Assembly: GCF_006345805.1 (NCBI RefSeq)
Contig: NC_043003.1
Coordinates: 45,818,001 to 45,882,000 of the forward strand
Length of the DNA: 64,000 nt
Reading direction: 5' to 3'
Source of the DNA: Octopus sinensis
Lineage: Eukaryota
This document shows positions 51,011 through 63,628 of the stretch, one piece after another; position 1 is the stretch's first letter; each line of letters starts with the position of its first letter. A model generated the notes under the pieces. The model was not told the origin of the DNA, did not search any database, and was given only the letters and a program-made list of their open reading frames with translations. A program made the position numbers and the translations under genes.

Positions 51011-52354
51011 GTGTGTGTGTATGTGTGTGTGTGTGTGTGTATGTGTGTGTGTAATATGCAATATAATAAAAGTATTTGTTATACTTTCATGTACACAATT
51101 TCAGTGTCTTGGTTCATTCAGATTGTGCATATGTGAACGTAGTTGAAAATGTCAGTTTTTGCCAATCACCAATAAAAGGGAAAATTGTTGGATCTTGAGG
51201 AAACGACTACAACATGCATTCTGATGGTGTAAAACTAAAAATCAAATTTAGCTGATTAAAACATAAACTTGGAAGAGCTATTGTTGGCATTAGTGCTGGT
51301 TCAAACAATGTTGCGCAACTGTTCCCGAACAGCTGTTGTTATTGAAGCACTTGTGAAAAGATTCAAATATTTACACGTAGCTAAAAGAATTTTCTGACTG
51401 CTCCAGTTTGGAATACAAAATGCAATTACAAACTGGTAACCAGAATTCTGTCAATGCTACCATCTGTTGAAAGAATTATTTACATATTTACCCGCTTTAA
51501 TTTCAACTTTTGTTCCCAAGAACACAGCCCAGTGTCATGACATGTACAGAGACAACTCAGGCTTTTCATCAAGTTCATTTTGTCCATGGAGAAAGACCAA
51601 GCTAAAGTAGCAGATATTTGACCAAAAATCCAAAGCCCTACTACAAATATAGAACAAAGAAAAGCTACGAATTTTAACTTAACCCAAGGCTCTCTGGTGA
51701 AAGCATTGTAAAATGAAATACAAGATTTTAGCCATAGTTTTTACAATATCTGACCATATGTATATTTTATAATATAGATAAACAATTTTTATAAAGTGTA
51801 GTTTCAAATGAAATATATGAAAATGAACATATGAAAACGCTGCAGATTGAATAAAATATTATTTTGCAATAAAAAACATTTCTTGAGTTAAGTTTCTTTT
51901 AATTGCCAATGCTGTAATTTAGAATGTTTTACAAAATTTCTAGTCAGGTAAAGATTTGACTCTCAGGTGTTTTAGTGATAAAGACAAATCGTACTTTACC
52001 AGCTAAAACATAACACCTGAGAAAGCATATAGTTATGTTAAAATATTTCCTGTAGAAATCACCATGACCCATGGCTAGTAGGTAGAGGTGGATTGCTCTC
52101 TGTTAATACATAAACCACGGTGGCTCGCAAAATTTCGCATGATTATCCCTCTGGAACAATTTTCAACATTATGGTGAGCGCATATATATATATGTGTGTG
52201 TGCGTGTGTGTGTGTGTGGTGTGTGTGTGTGTGTGTGTGTGTGTGAGTGAGTGTGTGCGTGTATGTGTACATAAACACATACATATATACATGCATACAG
52301 ACATACATACATATATGTATATACACATATACATATACACGCACACATATTATA

Positions 52355-53250
52355 CAAGCAGTAATACCCGTCCTTGATCGGGTAATTATTTTTACTGTTT
52401 CCCGGGAAATATAAATATATTTAATTAACTCCTCCTGAATATCTATATTTTTATAAGAGAAAAATATGTAATGATTGAAGTAGACAAACGATTAATTTCA
52501 TACTTGAACTTGTGTTTGTTTATTATATGACAATAATAAATAAGTTGCATGTGTTATTTTATTTATAAATACAGTAATGGCAATAATATAATACACTTCA
52601 TTAAAATAGGTAATTTAGTCATTCATGAATGTAATGATAGTAATGGTAAACTAAGTTATTGAAGTATTCATGTTGCATTAAGAGTGAATATTTCTTTATA
52701 AACGATGTTTTTAGTTTTATTTCGGGGTGCATAAACAGACAGGTTTGCTTTTGCTCCCACACATGGTACTTGTACAGAAAGGTGGCCCTGTGAAAAGCAT
52801 GGTTATTCAAGTTGCAATCCAACAACTTTTAGTGTTTGGCCCTGACATTCAATATTTGGCGCTGACTTTTAGTGTTTGGCCCTGACATTAATGCTCATGG
52901 CAAAAGAAACATGGATAGGAAAAAATTGGAATGAGACATTGAATCGTATTACTGGTATGCGAGGAATGAAGACGGTCTTACCTTTATCAGAACTGGTGAA
53001 AATATTTCCATGAGTTTGTGTGCAATGAATCTTGTACTATTGCATAATTTTGGTTGAGACAAATTATATAATAGCATAATAGGAGTCCATTTTTTCAGCT
53101 GAAGACTATGAGGAGTTGCACCTGGTAGTTCCAGTGAGTTCAAAAATTCGAAGGGGCAGTTAACAGTATCCTGATCATCAACAACACTGTCAATTGAGTT
53201 ATAAGTGAATACTTCTCTCGGATGTTTATTCAAAGGCATATTATTAATGC
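52355..53250 (-). mobile_element. Helitron 3' remnant: helicase C-terminal pseudogene, 3' UTR and terminus
   Basis: [62 protein letters not shown]. Terminal hairpin ACCCG/CGGGT followed by ATTACTG CTTG|T. Confidence 0.88.
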
Positions 53251-53479
53251 TATGTATAGCAACATCTTTTGGAACCAGGATATCTCTGTATTGTTGTAAT
53301 TATGAAGAAGATTAGGAAAGATGTAATCCACCAAATTATCGACCGATTCAGTTGAATTAAATATTGCTATTGCTTAATTTCTTAATTAAGCAATAGCATA
53401 ATAGCTTCCCTTCAGGTACTTTCATTTTGCCGGGGAAAGAGACAGAATTTCGATTGTACATATATATATATATATATAC

Positions 53480-53880
53480 TCTTTTACTCTTTTACTTGTT
53501 TCAGTCATTTGACTGCGGCCATGCCGGAGCACCGCATTTAGTCGAGCAAATCGACCCCGGGACTTATTCTTTGTAAGCCCATTACTTATTCTATCGGTCT
53601 CTTTTGCCGAACCGCTCAGTGACGGGGACGTAAACACACCAGCATCGGTTGTCAAGCAATGCTAGGGGGACAAACACACAAACATACAATACATACATAT
53701 ATATACATATATACGACAGGCTTCTTTCAGTTTCCGTCTACCAAATCCACTCAGAAGGTATTAGTCGGCCCGGGGCTATAGCAGAAGACACCTGCCCAAG
53801 ATGCCACGCAGTGGGACTGAACCCGGAACCATGTGGTTGGTTAGCAAGCTACTTACCACGCAGCCACTCCTGCGCCTGCG
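53480..53880 (-). mobile_element. Family B SINE, full length
   Basis: Ends CCACGCAGCCACTCCTGCGCC (intact 5' end). Confidence 0.9.
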
Positions 53881-53915
<35 letters not shown>

Positions 53916-54124
53916 TATATATACACATAAAAAGCATAATTACTTCCCTTAAACCATTTAGCTTCATTTTGGTGAACAAACAAACGGACAGAATCTCTCT
54001 CTCTCTCTCTCCATATATATATATATATATATATACACGCACACAGCTAAGTATGTATATGTGTGTGTGTGTGCGTGCGTGCGTACGTGTGTGAGTGAGT
54101 GAGTGTGTGCGTGTGTGTGTGTGT

Positions 54125-54160
<36 letters not shown>

Positions 54161-55124
54161 GGTGTGTGTGTGTACGCACGGTGTTTAATAAATAAAAAAA
54201 TAATGGGATTGGTGCTTTACAAAGAAAACTACTACACTTATCACTTCGGCATTTAATCTCCTACAAAGAAATCCTTTTCTGAAACCACACACTTTATTCA
54301 GCGCCATTTCGATTGATGGAACGTTTTTGCCTTCCTCATCACAATCTGGATCTTGTGCATCAGAAACCCGATCTTCTTTTTGAGACGACCACACTCTACA
54401 CACTTTACTTCCAAGCACTGTTATAAATAACTGAACTAAACTAAAACATTATAATTTTGTGTGCATACACGTAGCTGGAAGTCTTTGTGTGCATACACAT
54501 AGACTGTCAGCTCTAGCTGTGCCGTGTGGTTTCACACTGCGTGCTTTGTCACCGTTATCATTGCAGCAGTCCCAATAATTTTAGATCAGACGTCGTATCT
54601 GTATATATGTGTATGTGCGAGTGTGTGCGCGCTGCGCGCGCATGTGTGTTCAAGTTGAGAGATTGACAGAAAGAGAGAGAGAGAGAGAATAGAGAGAGGC
54701 CTAATATGAAATAAATGTTTGAGTAAGCCTTGATGGGTCAAGATGTATAACTTGAAATATAACTTGAAATATCGGTAGAATATAGCTGCTAATTTCTGGC
54801 AGAAGATCAGCCAAATGAAATTACTCCGTTGGCTTTATCTAGTTCTGTATAAGAGTATGTATGCGTGTGTTGCTATGCTTATATGTATATTTATATGTAT
54901 ACACAAGCTTATATGTATATTTTCGTGTATATATCCAAAATTCAAGGTTTAACGTGAGTAAACATGTGAATTTGTCGCCGAAATTTGTGTACAAATACAC
55001 TGATGTGGTGAAATATATTTATCGAATTCTCCTGATAAGCAAATGTTTATGTTCATGCTGGTATGTCAATGAAGGTGAGTTCGTACTAACAGATTTGATT
55101 TGTGGCTTAATTATTATTCTTAAT

Positions 55125-55230
55125 CAATGACGCGATGCGTACATTTGCTGACAGTAATTCCAGCTGTTATCTTTACAGTGTATCAGCGTCTATATAAGCA
55201 CGTTATTGGCCATTTCTAACGATCAGTCAG
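55125..55230 (+). promoter_or_regulatory. Candidate TATA plus Inr core promoter
   Basis: TATATAAG at 55191-55198, TCAGT at 55223-55227; upstream TGACG, CAGCTG and TTATCT motifs; non-repetitive context. Confidence 0.3.
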
Positions 55231-56642
55231 CGTCTAGTCTCAAATTATATTAACAAGCATCACTTGTCGTTGTCAGCTCACCGGTGACACAACTTACACA
55301 CTGGAATTTATTTATATCAACAGCACAGCAGACAGAGTTGTTTCAAACTCACCAGTAACACTTCAATTTCAGCAGGACTTCTCAATTTTTTTTTTCCTTC
55401 CTGCGCACTAGTTCATTATATCCAGCAGCGTTGACACACTCCTTCTGAAATACATATTTCAAACTGGATGAATACAATAAAACAGACAAAAGTGGATACT
55501 TTTTATGGATATCATAATACAGACAACGTATAACTGATATTAATTATATCTGAATGTCTAGACTTCCAAACAAATATTTGACGAGGTTTTTTCTTTGTCG
55601 TTTTTATTGTGTTTGTTTACTTTTTGTAAATGATATTAATTAAAACTGAATATGTACTATCGAAATGTTACTGGTTTTTATTACTTCGCAATTTCATAGT
55701 TTCTATAATCTCGCATAAATCTCTAATTTTTCTTGTGTAGTCCAACTGGTTTGCATATAATGGTTTAAGAAACACCGAATTACAGCCGTGCAGAGCAACA
55801 TCTTTCACAGTAGAGAACGTGCTACAACTAATATTACTTCACTTCTTAGTTTCCCTTAAGAACAGGTGACACAGAGACCATAAATTCATATACTGAGTGT
55901 ATAATTCAAAATGTAATCATCATATATATTTGGAAATAAGGAGGCTCTCATCGTACATATGATTATCCACAGCTGTATGAAACACACATGCACATATATA
56001 AATATGTGTACTTGTTCCATACATAGCGTGTCGCATTGAGTGATTGAGACGTTCAAGTGGGTTGATAAGAGACTTAATGGTGTCGGTGGTGTGTTGAAAT
56101 GCTAAATTTGTATGATATTGAAATATTTTATGAGTCATAATTGTTGAATCAAAGTATAACATTCAATATGTGCATTGTGCAGGCTCTATATACATTGTGC
56201 AAATCTCAAATGTTGACATTGAACAGGTTTTGTGAGAAATTACACATAATTGTCTGAATTTTTCTTTTTTCTATCATTGACAAAGTTTGTTTATTTTTTT
56301 CATTGTACAGATTTTCGGATATAGCTGTCGACAAAACGAAAGCTATTATTTCTTTTCAGACCTAAATGATACCCAGCTGAAACATGCCCATGATGAAACG
56401 CGTCTCCCCCGTCACCGTCTCGTCGTTTTGTTCTTTTTATATCTAGGATTACAATATTAACTGTCCCTTTCGTTATTTCTAACATAGCAAGCTGCGGTGA
56501 TAAGGAATCTATTTCAGGCTGATCAGGTGCCTAATTAGAAGATTCTTCAATAGCTCATTTATGTGTATTCAACATAGAGCAACGAATGCAATATTTGAAC
56601 ACATCGTCAATGTTATATCCTGGGGTTACTGGTAGTTTTGGA

Positions 56643-56715
56643 TCTTACGACATACACTCTTACACTCTTACGACATACATTACACTCTTACGACATACAC
56701 TCTTACGACATACAT
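56643..56715 (+). repeat. 15-bp minisatellite TCTTACGACATACA(C/T) x4 with partial units
   Basis: Units at 56643, 56666, 56686 and 56701. Confidence 0.9.
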
Positions 56716-57473
56716 CGGAGACCCGACTTAAGTCGATCAAGACAAGGCATGTGTGCATCCGGCTTTCTACTGACCCCATCGTTTACCTCTTGCAGCCAGA
56801 GCCGTCAAATTGTCCCACCACCACCCACCAGGTTATTTTTCTGCTCATTCCTATAATACCAAAAGTTCTATAGGCCTTACTCAGCTTTCGCCCTGCGAAT
56901 CTTCGACAGCCAGCTTCCACATTCTCCACGCATTCTTGTGTCAGTCCACCACCAACTCCATACAAATATCATCTGAATTATATATTTACAAACAGCGATT
57001 AGAGCTGTAAAGCTAGATGTAAACATTCAGTGAGCCAATAGATTACAATATCCGATTAAAGCCATAAACACGCAGACGACACACAAGCGCCAGCTCTACT
57101 AAATTTGTCAAGGTTGTCTCCCACTGTCACCCTTCCTTTAAATAGTAACAGTTTTACTGACCTTCATTCCGTTCGCACCCAGACAACAGCCGAGATTGTA
57201 ACAGTAATCTTACTTAATACCTCTCACCAAGGTATTAAAATAATATAAGTTTATTTCTTCACTTCAAACAAAATCATTTCGAAGAAATAAATATTTGACA
57301 AAGAGTGAAAGAAACAGGAAGCAGGTATGAATGTTATAGTTAAGAAATTTGATTTTCATACAAAGCGTTTTCGAGTTCTACCCATTGAGTAGAGTCTGTG
57401 ACAAACATCCCTTTTAAACGATAATTTCGAAGTGGAATATGATAGATGGACATTTTGAAGTTCACACAAGCTT

Positions 57474-57505
<32 letters not shown>

Positions 57506-57639
57506 AACGTATATATCTAGAATGCGTGGAGTATTTAAAGATATATTTGCCTCTTTACTAAAACAACACTTATCTAACAGGAAAATAAATGTATTTATGT
57601 TTTTTAACATATATGTTTTAATACTTATTCTAAGAAAGC

Positions 57640-59615
57640 TTTTTATAACCTTATTCTATGAATTCGCTTTCAGCCTCGATTCAGGAAAAGAATCTTTGAC
57701 ATACATGCATTTAGTTCTTAGTTATTTCGGACATCACCTGCACACTGGCAGTCTTTAACGAAGATATGGTATTGTAAGAATATCGATTCGTTTCCCTTTC
57801 AAAAACGCCCCGCACATAGCGTTTCAATTTGGCGACCTTGAATTCCAGAAGTTGGAATCCTAATTTCTTTCAATTGTATCAAGGCCTTGTGTATCAATGT
57901 TTTGTGCATGAATTTAGAAGACGGAAACTACGGGGAACCTGTCGTATACACGTTTGTGTGTACGAGAACGCGTGTGTACGTGAACGCGTGTGTTCGTGTG
58001 TGTGTTTTTGTTCGTGCCGTGTGTGCGTATGTGAGTGTTCGTGTGTGTGTGTGATAACGTGCCTTTGATTTGTGTTCGTCTCCACTGGATAACCGGTGTC
58101 GGTTTGTTTATTTAGTCGTAACTTATGACTTCGGAAAAAGAGACTAGTAGCAAAAGGTGCAAACTTAAAGGGAGTTGTTTTATAACTTTATTCTATGAAT
58201 TCACTTTCAGCTTCGATGCAAGAAAAAAATCTTTGACATACCTACATTTAGTCCTTATTTAATTTGGGCATCATCTGTACACTGGTGGTTTTCAATGAAG
58301 GTATTGTAACGTACGAATACGATTCGTTTCCCTTTCAACAACGCTACAAGTGTACCTGCACATAGCATTTCAATCTGGCAAGCTTGGATTTCAGAAGTTG
58401 GGTGCCGAGTTTGGATGCTAGAAGTTGGGTGCTGAGCTTAGGTGCCAGAATATTATCGTAAGATTGTCTGACACCCATTCTTGGGTTAAGTAGGCTTTGT
58501 GAGACGGTGCTAAATCTTTTTGAAACATGTATCACATTCTACTGCGTATTCCATCCATCCAGAGTGTAACAAATACCTCCAGCACCGCAACGTATCAACC
58601 ACCGTTAATTTATAACTCTGTAGGAAGATATGATTTTACCTGACATGATTTTTGCTACCCACCACTTCAAAAACCGCACATTGGTTGCAAACTTAGGGTG
58701 CATCCTTCTGAGAACATCAAAAAGATCAGCACAGAACCATTTGTCATTCTCTTGCTGTCTCGGTCAACATACTTCTCACCCAATAAGACCTAATGATTGT
58801 CGTCTACATGAGGTTTTTCAGCTTGTTAAGTAACCTTTCCACGATTCAAACTGTTTTCTTGTGTCTTTGCAGGCTTGAATTTACCTCTCCACACTACATA
58901 CAACTTTTATCACATATCTTCATGCACCACACTACTCATAGTCCTCACCGACGCCCGGAATTCTTTGGTGATGACCGTTGTTGTTCCAGATATCACCAGT
59001 GATGATGTTTTGAACTTGTCGAATGAATTGCTGTGTATTTTTAGTGTCTGAGCGTTTAGACTATTTTTTGTACTTTGATTCATTTGAAACTTTTCCGCGA
59101 AACGGCTTCCAGTTCCGACCGAACTTTATATATAAAAGATATCGGAACATTTAGAATGCTGGGGATCTCTAAATCGCCGTGTTCCGCATATATTGCAACT
59201 ATGACTGCACGCCATTTCGATACGTATGTTAGCATTTTATCAGGCAAGGGTAATCTGAATAAAATGAAGACGTTTTAATTAGTTTGAAGAGAATAATATA
59301 CTGATAATTGAAATCCTACCCACCTCCCAACCAGCCTCTATATAAACACATACAAGTATGCTCACGCACACACGCACAAACATACACACACGTGATATTA
59401 TATTAAAGACATAATTATCTGGTTGGGAGAGCTTATTTAGCAACCATTGGTTTCCTACAATTGTATCAATGCCTTATGTATCAATGTTTTGTGAATGAAT
59501 TTAGAAGACGGAAACTACGGGGAACATGTCGTATACACGTTTGTATGTGCGTGAACGCGTATGTTCGTGTGTGTGTGTTTGTTCGTGCCGTGTGTGCATA
59601 TGTGAGTGTTCGTGA

Positions 59616-59654
<39 letters not shown>

Positions 59655-60110
59655 AACGTGTCGTTGATTTGTGTTCGTTTCCACTGGATAACCGGTGTCG
59701 GTTTGTTTATATGGTCGTAACTTATGACTTCGGCAAAAGAAACTGGTAACAAAAGATCCAGACTTAAAGGAAGTTGTTTTATAACTTTATTCAATAAATT
59801 CGCTTTCAGTCTCGATGCAGGAAAAGAATCTTTCACATACCTTATTTATCCTTATCATCTAGTCATTATTTATTTCGGACATCACCTGCACTTGGCAGAT
59901 TTCAATGAAGATATCGTATCGTAAGAATATCGATTCGTTTCCGTTTCAAGAACGCTCCAAGTATACTTGCATATAGCATTTCAATTTGGCGAGCTTGGAT
60001 TCCAGAAGTTGGGTGCCGAGCTTAGATATCAGAATATGATCGTAAGGTTGTCTGACACCCATTCTTGGGTTAAGTAGGCTTTCTGAGACGGTGCTGAATG
60101 TTTTTAAAAC
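57640..60110 (+). repeat. Old local segmental duplication: blocks A-B-A-C ... B-A-C
   Basis: B-A-C at 57871-58528 and 59458-60110; an extra A at 57640-57856. B is a degenerate family B SINE half. Confidence 0.88.
58540..58830 (+). mobile_element. Decayed CR1/L2-like LINE 3' region
   Basis: LQHRNVST and RTLVANL..LLRTS resemble CR1/L2 C-terminal motifs. Weak. Confidence 0.35.
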
Positions 60111-60418
60111 ACACACACACACACATACACACATATATATATGCATATTATACTCAACAATATATGAAATATAATGTACAGTATATATTTATATATGTAT
60201 GTCTTTGACATTTTGCGAACTGCATCTGTCAACATGAGGATGCAATTCCGAGCACCCAGAAACAGTTGTTGGACTTATAAAACCATACATTCTCCCGTTA
60301 ATTTATATATATGTAATCATAAATAGGCAGACATACACATTCTAGAGATAAGTATAGAGATAGATTGATAGATAGATAGATAGATAGATAGAGAGAGAGA
60401 AAGAGAGAGAGAGATAGT

Positions 60419-60481
<63 letters not shown>

Positions 60482-60802
60482 GTTTCTTTATTGGCCACAC
60501 AGGGCTGCACACAGATGGGACAAGTTACAAGGTAGAGCTTTTCTTTTGGGGGATGAAAAAAACAAAAAACAAAAAAAAGGGGGTGGCGTAGGTTTTCGAT
60601 CAAGAGGGATCGTAAAAGGGAAGAAAAGAACATAAAAAAATAAAAATAAAGAACATAAAAAAATAAAGAAAAAAAAAGAAAAGGAAAAGGAACAAAAGAA
60701 AAGAGAAATGAAAAAGAAGAAAAAAAGGGGGAAAAAAGGGAGAAGAGGAAAAAAAAGAACGATCAATAGGGATCGTGTATCACAGTGTTATGATATATGG
60801 TG

Positions 60803-60874
<72 letters not shown>

Positions 60875-61952
60875 CAGCTAGATAGTCAAATAAATACATA
60901 GATAGATAGATAGTTAGATAGATATGTTTCTTTATTAGCCACACAGGGCTGCACACAGACGGGGACAGATTGCAAAGTAAAGCCTTTCTTTGGGGGGGGG
61001 AGAGAAAAACATATAAAGGTGGGGGTAGGTTTTCGATCAAAAGGGATCGTACAAGGAAAAGAAGAAAGACAAAAAAAAAGGAAAAGAAACAAAAGAAAAA
61101 AAACGATCAATAGGGATCGTGTGTCACAGTGCCATGATGTAAGGAGGAAGCAGATAAGGTTTATCCGTGGGAAGAAAAGCCTACGGAAAAGACCACGGTA
61201 ACCTCAGTCAATATTGTTACATGTTACCACATTTGTTTGCAAGTAGGTAACCCTCAGTTTTAAATTTCCGGGTTCACAGGATTATGTTCAAGGTGGCTTC
61301 GCCATTCATGTGTGCCATCTTTGCTACATTCACCCATCTGTTTCTAAAACATTCGCTAGACAAAACTTGCCTCTCTACTCTCATTTTCCTTTTGAAGTGA
61401 TACTTGAAGAAGTTGATGAGAGATTGACCAGAGAGGAAAGTGTTTCTCTCCAATCCTTTCAGACGCGTCCACCAGATACATTCTTTCGCCATAGCCACAA
61501 GGATGATAGTTAGATAGATAGATAGACAAACAGACAGACAGACAGACAGACATATAGATAGATAGATATGTTTCTTTATTAGCCACACAGGGCTGCACAC
61601 AGATAGAACAAATTACAAGGTAGAGCTTTTCTTTTGAAGGTTTAAAAAAAAAAAGGAAAGGGGGGAGTTTCGATCAAAAGGGATCGTAAAAGGAGAGAAA
61701 GAGGACAAAAAAGGGGGGAGAGGAAAAAAATTGATCAATAGGGATCGTTATCACAGAAATGTCAATATGAAGTGTAAAGGGGAGGACAGGTGAGGTTTAC
61801 CCATGGAAAGAAAAGCCTACGGAAAAGACCACGGTAACCTCGGTCAATGAAGTCGCATTTTATATATTTTTTTTTTTTTTTTTTGCAAATAAGCAAATCT
61901 CTGTTTTCAATTTCTGGGTTCATAGGATTATGCTCAAGGTGGCTTCGTCATT
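60482..61952 (-). mobile_element. Three 5'-truncated 3' ends of one L1/Tx1-like element, each embedded in (GATA)n: 60482-60802, 60925-61502, 61569-61952
   Basis: Each ends, on the reverse strand, GTGTGCAGCCCTGTGTGG..AATAAAGAAAC then (TATC)n. The middle copy retains the ORF C-terminus AMAKECIWWTRLKGL..NGEATLNIIL*; the third retains MNDEATLSIIL*. Confidence 0.8.
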
Positions 61953-62229
61953 CATAGATAGATAGATTGATTGATAGATAGATAGATAGATAATTTTTTG
62001 TGTATCCTTTGGCTGAAAAATATATAATTTTAGCTGTCACTGTGTTCGAAAATTTATGAAACACACTTCATAGACGAGATAGTCACAAACGTCTGACGTG
62101 TTTATAATAAAACTTCATCGTAGAGAGCAGAAGCTGTGTCTGGTAGTGAGGTGTTTGCTCTGTATGATGGTGTTGGAACTGATGAAATTTTGATAGTTTA
62201 TGAATGGTTATTGGTACACGGGGTAGAGC

Positions 62230-62364
62230 TAACTGTGGTGCTGATGATGGTGACAGGTGGAAATGGTGGTGATGGTGGTGATGGTGCTGGTGCTGGTGTT
62301 AGTGATTGCTGATAAGTTGCTGGCGTCGATGGAGAAAATTTTGAATCTATTGCTATTGCTGTTG

Positions 62365-62396
<32 letters not shown>

Positions 62397-62457
62397 GGCA
62401 GTAGTGATTGCCGATACGTTGTTGGCGGCGATGGTGAAGATCTTTAATTTATTGCTG

Positions 62458-62489
<32 letters not shown>

Positions 62490-62820
62490 GGTGATGGTGG
62501 TGATGGTGGTGATGGTGGTGATTGCTGATAAGTTGCTGGCTACGATGGTGAAGATTTTGAATTTATTGCTGCTCTTGTTGTCGTTGGTGGTGGTGATGTT
62601 GGTGGCGGTGGTGGTGGCGACGGCAGTAGTGATTATTGATAAGTTGTTGGCGGCAATGGCGAAGATTTTGAAATTGTTGCTGTTGTTATTGTGGTGGTGG
62701 TGTTGGTGGTGGTGGTAGTGATGGTGGTTCTTGTTGCTACTGTGGTAGTGGTGGTGGTGGCGGCCACGGCGGCGGCTCGGTGGTTGTACTGGTGGTAATA
62801 TTTTTGGTGACGGCATTCGT
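62230..62820. repeat. Minisatellite: four ~54-nt cores separated by variable trinucleotide spacers
   Basis: Cores GTGATTG/A..GATAAGTTG.TGGC...GATGG.GAA.AT.TT.AA at 62302, 62404, 62518 and 62629. Confidence 0.85.
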
Positions 62821-63403
62821 GATTGTGGAGATTACAGGTCTAAACGGCAGTGACTCTGTAAAAGCGCGAACAGTTTGCGATGATGTTTACCACGACAGTG
62901 TTGGTAGTTGGTGCCTGGTCATTACTTATTGGTGATGATGATATTAACATAGTAAAGGTGTTGGCGAGAATGGTTCTGATGTTGATCAAGTAGTGGATGA
63001 GTTACTATTGGTGATCATATTAGTAGTGGTAGGGCAGGTGTTTGTGGTAATAGCGTTGTTGCCGATGGTAGTAACAAAATCGTTATACTTTTGCAAAGTT
63101 AGAATTCTTGATGGTTGTGATTGTGGTGAGTCTACTTTTATATTGTTGTAAATAATACTTCTACTGTGACTTTTAATGATCTTGTGTAATCGTAGCTGTT
63201 GTTTTACTACATTTAGCATGTTGAAATGCGAGTAGTCCAGGCTATAGACGGTAATAAAATGGTTGAAATAACAGAAGGGAAACATTTAAACAACAGCCAC
63301 TGTTTCTATCAGTTTGTGTAAATATTTCCCTTGGATCATATGTTTCCCAGATATAGCAAAGTAGTAACGAAGAAATCAGTGGGCCGGCCTAGAAAGACAT
63401 GAG

Positions 63404-63473
<70 letters not shown>

Positions 63474-63544
63474 CACACCCACAGAGATGTATAATATATA
63501 TATATATATGCATGTAGATAGACAGAAAGACAGAGACTTAGAAC

Positions 63545-63628
<84 letters not shown>

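Noticed and set aside
56375-56410. GAAACGCGTC, a typical minimal-hammerhead 3' half
   Set aside because: The upstream core reads CTGAAAC rather than CTGANGA, and stem I does not pair.
56643-62690. Repeat-spacer arrays (56643-56715 and 62302-62690) as CRISPR
   Set aside because: Eukaryotic context, spacers are low-complexity or partial repeat units, and there are no cas genes.
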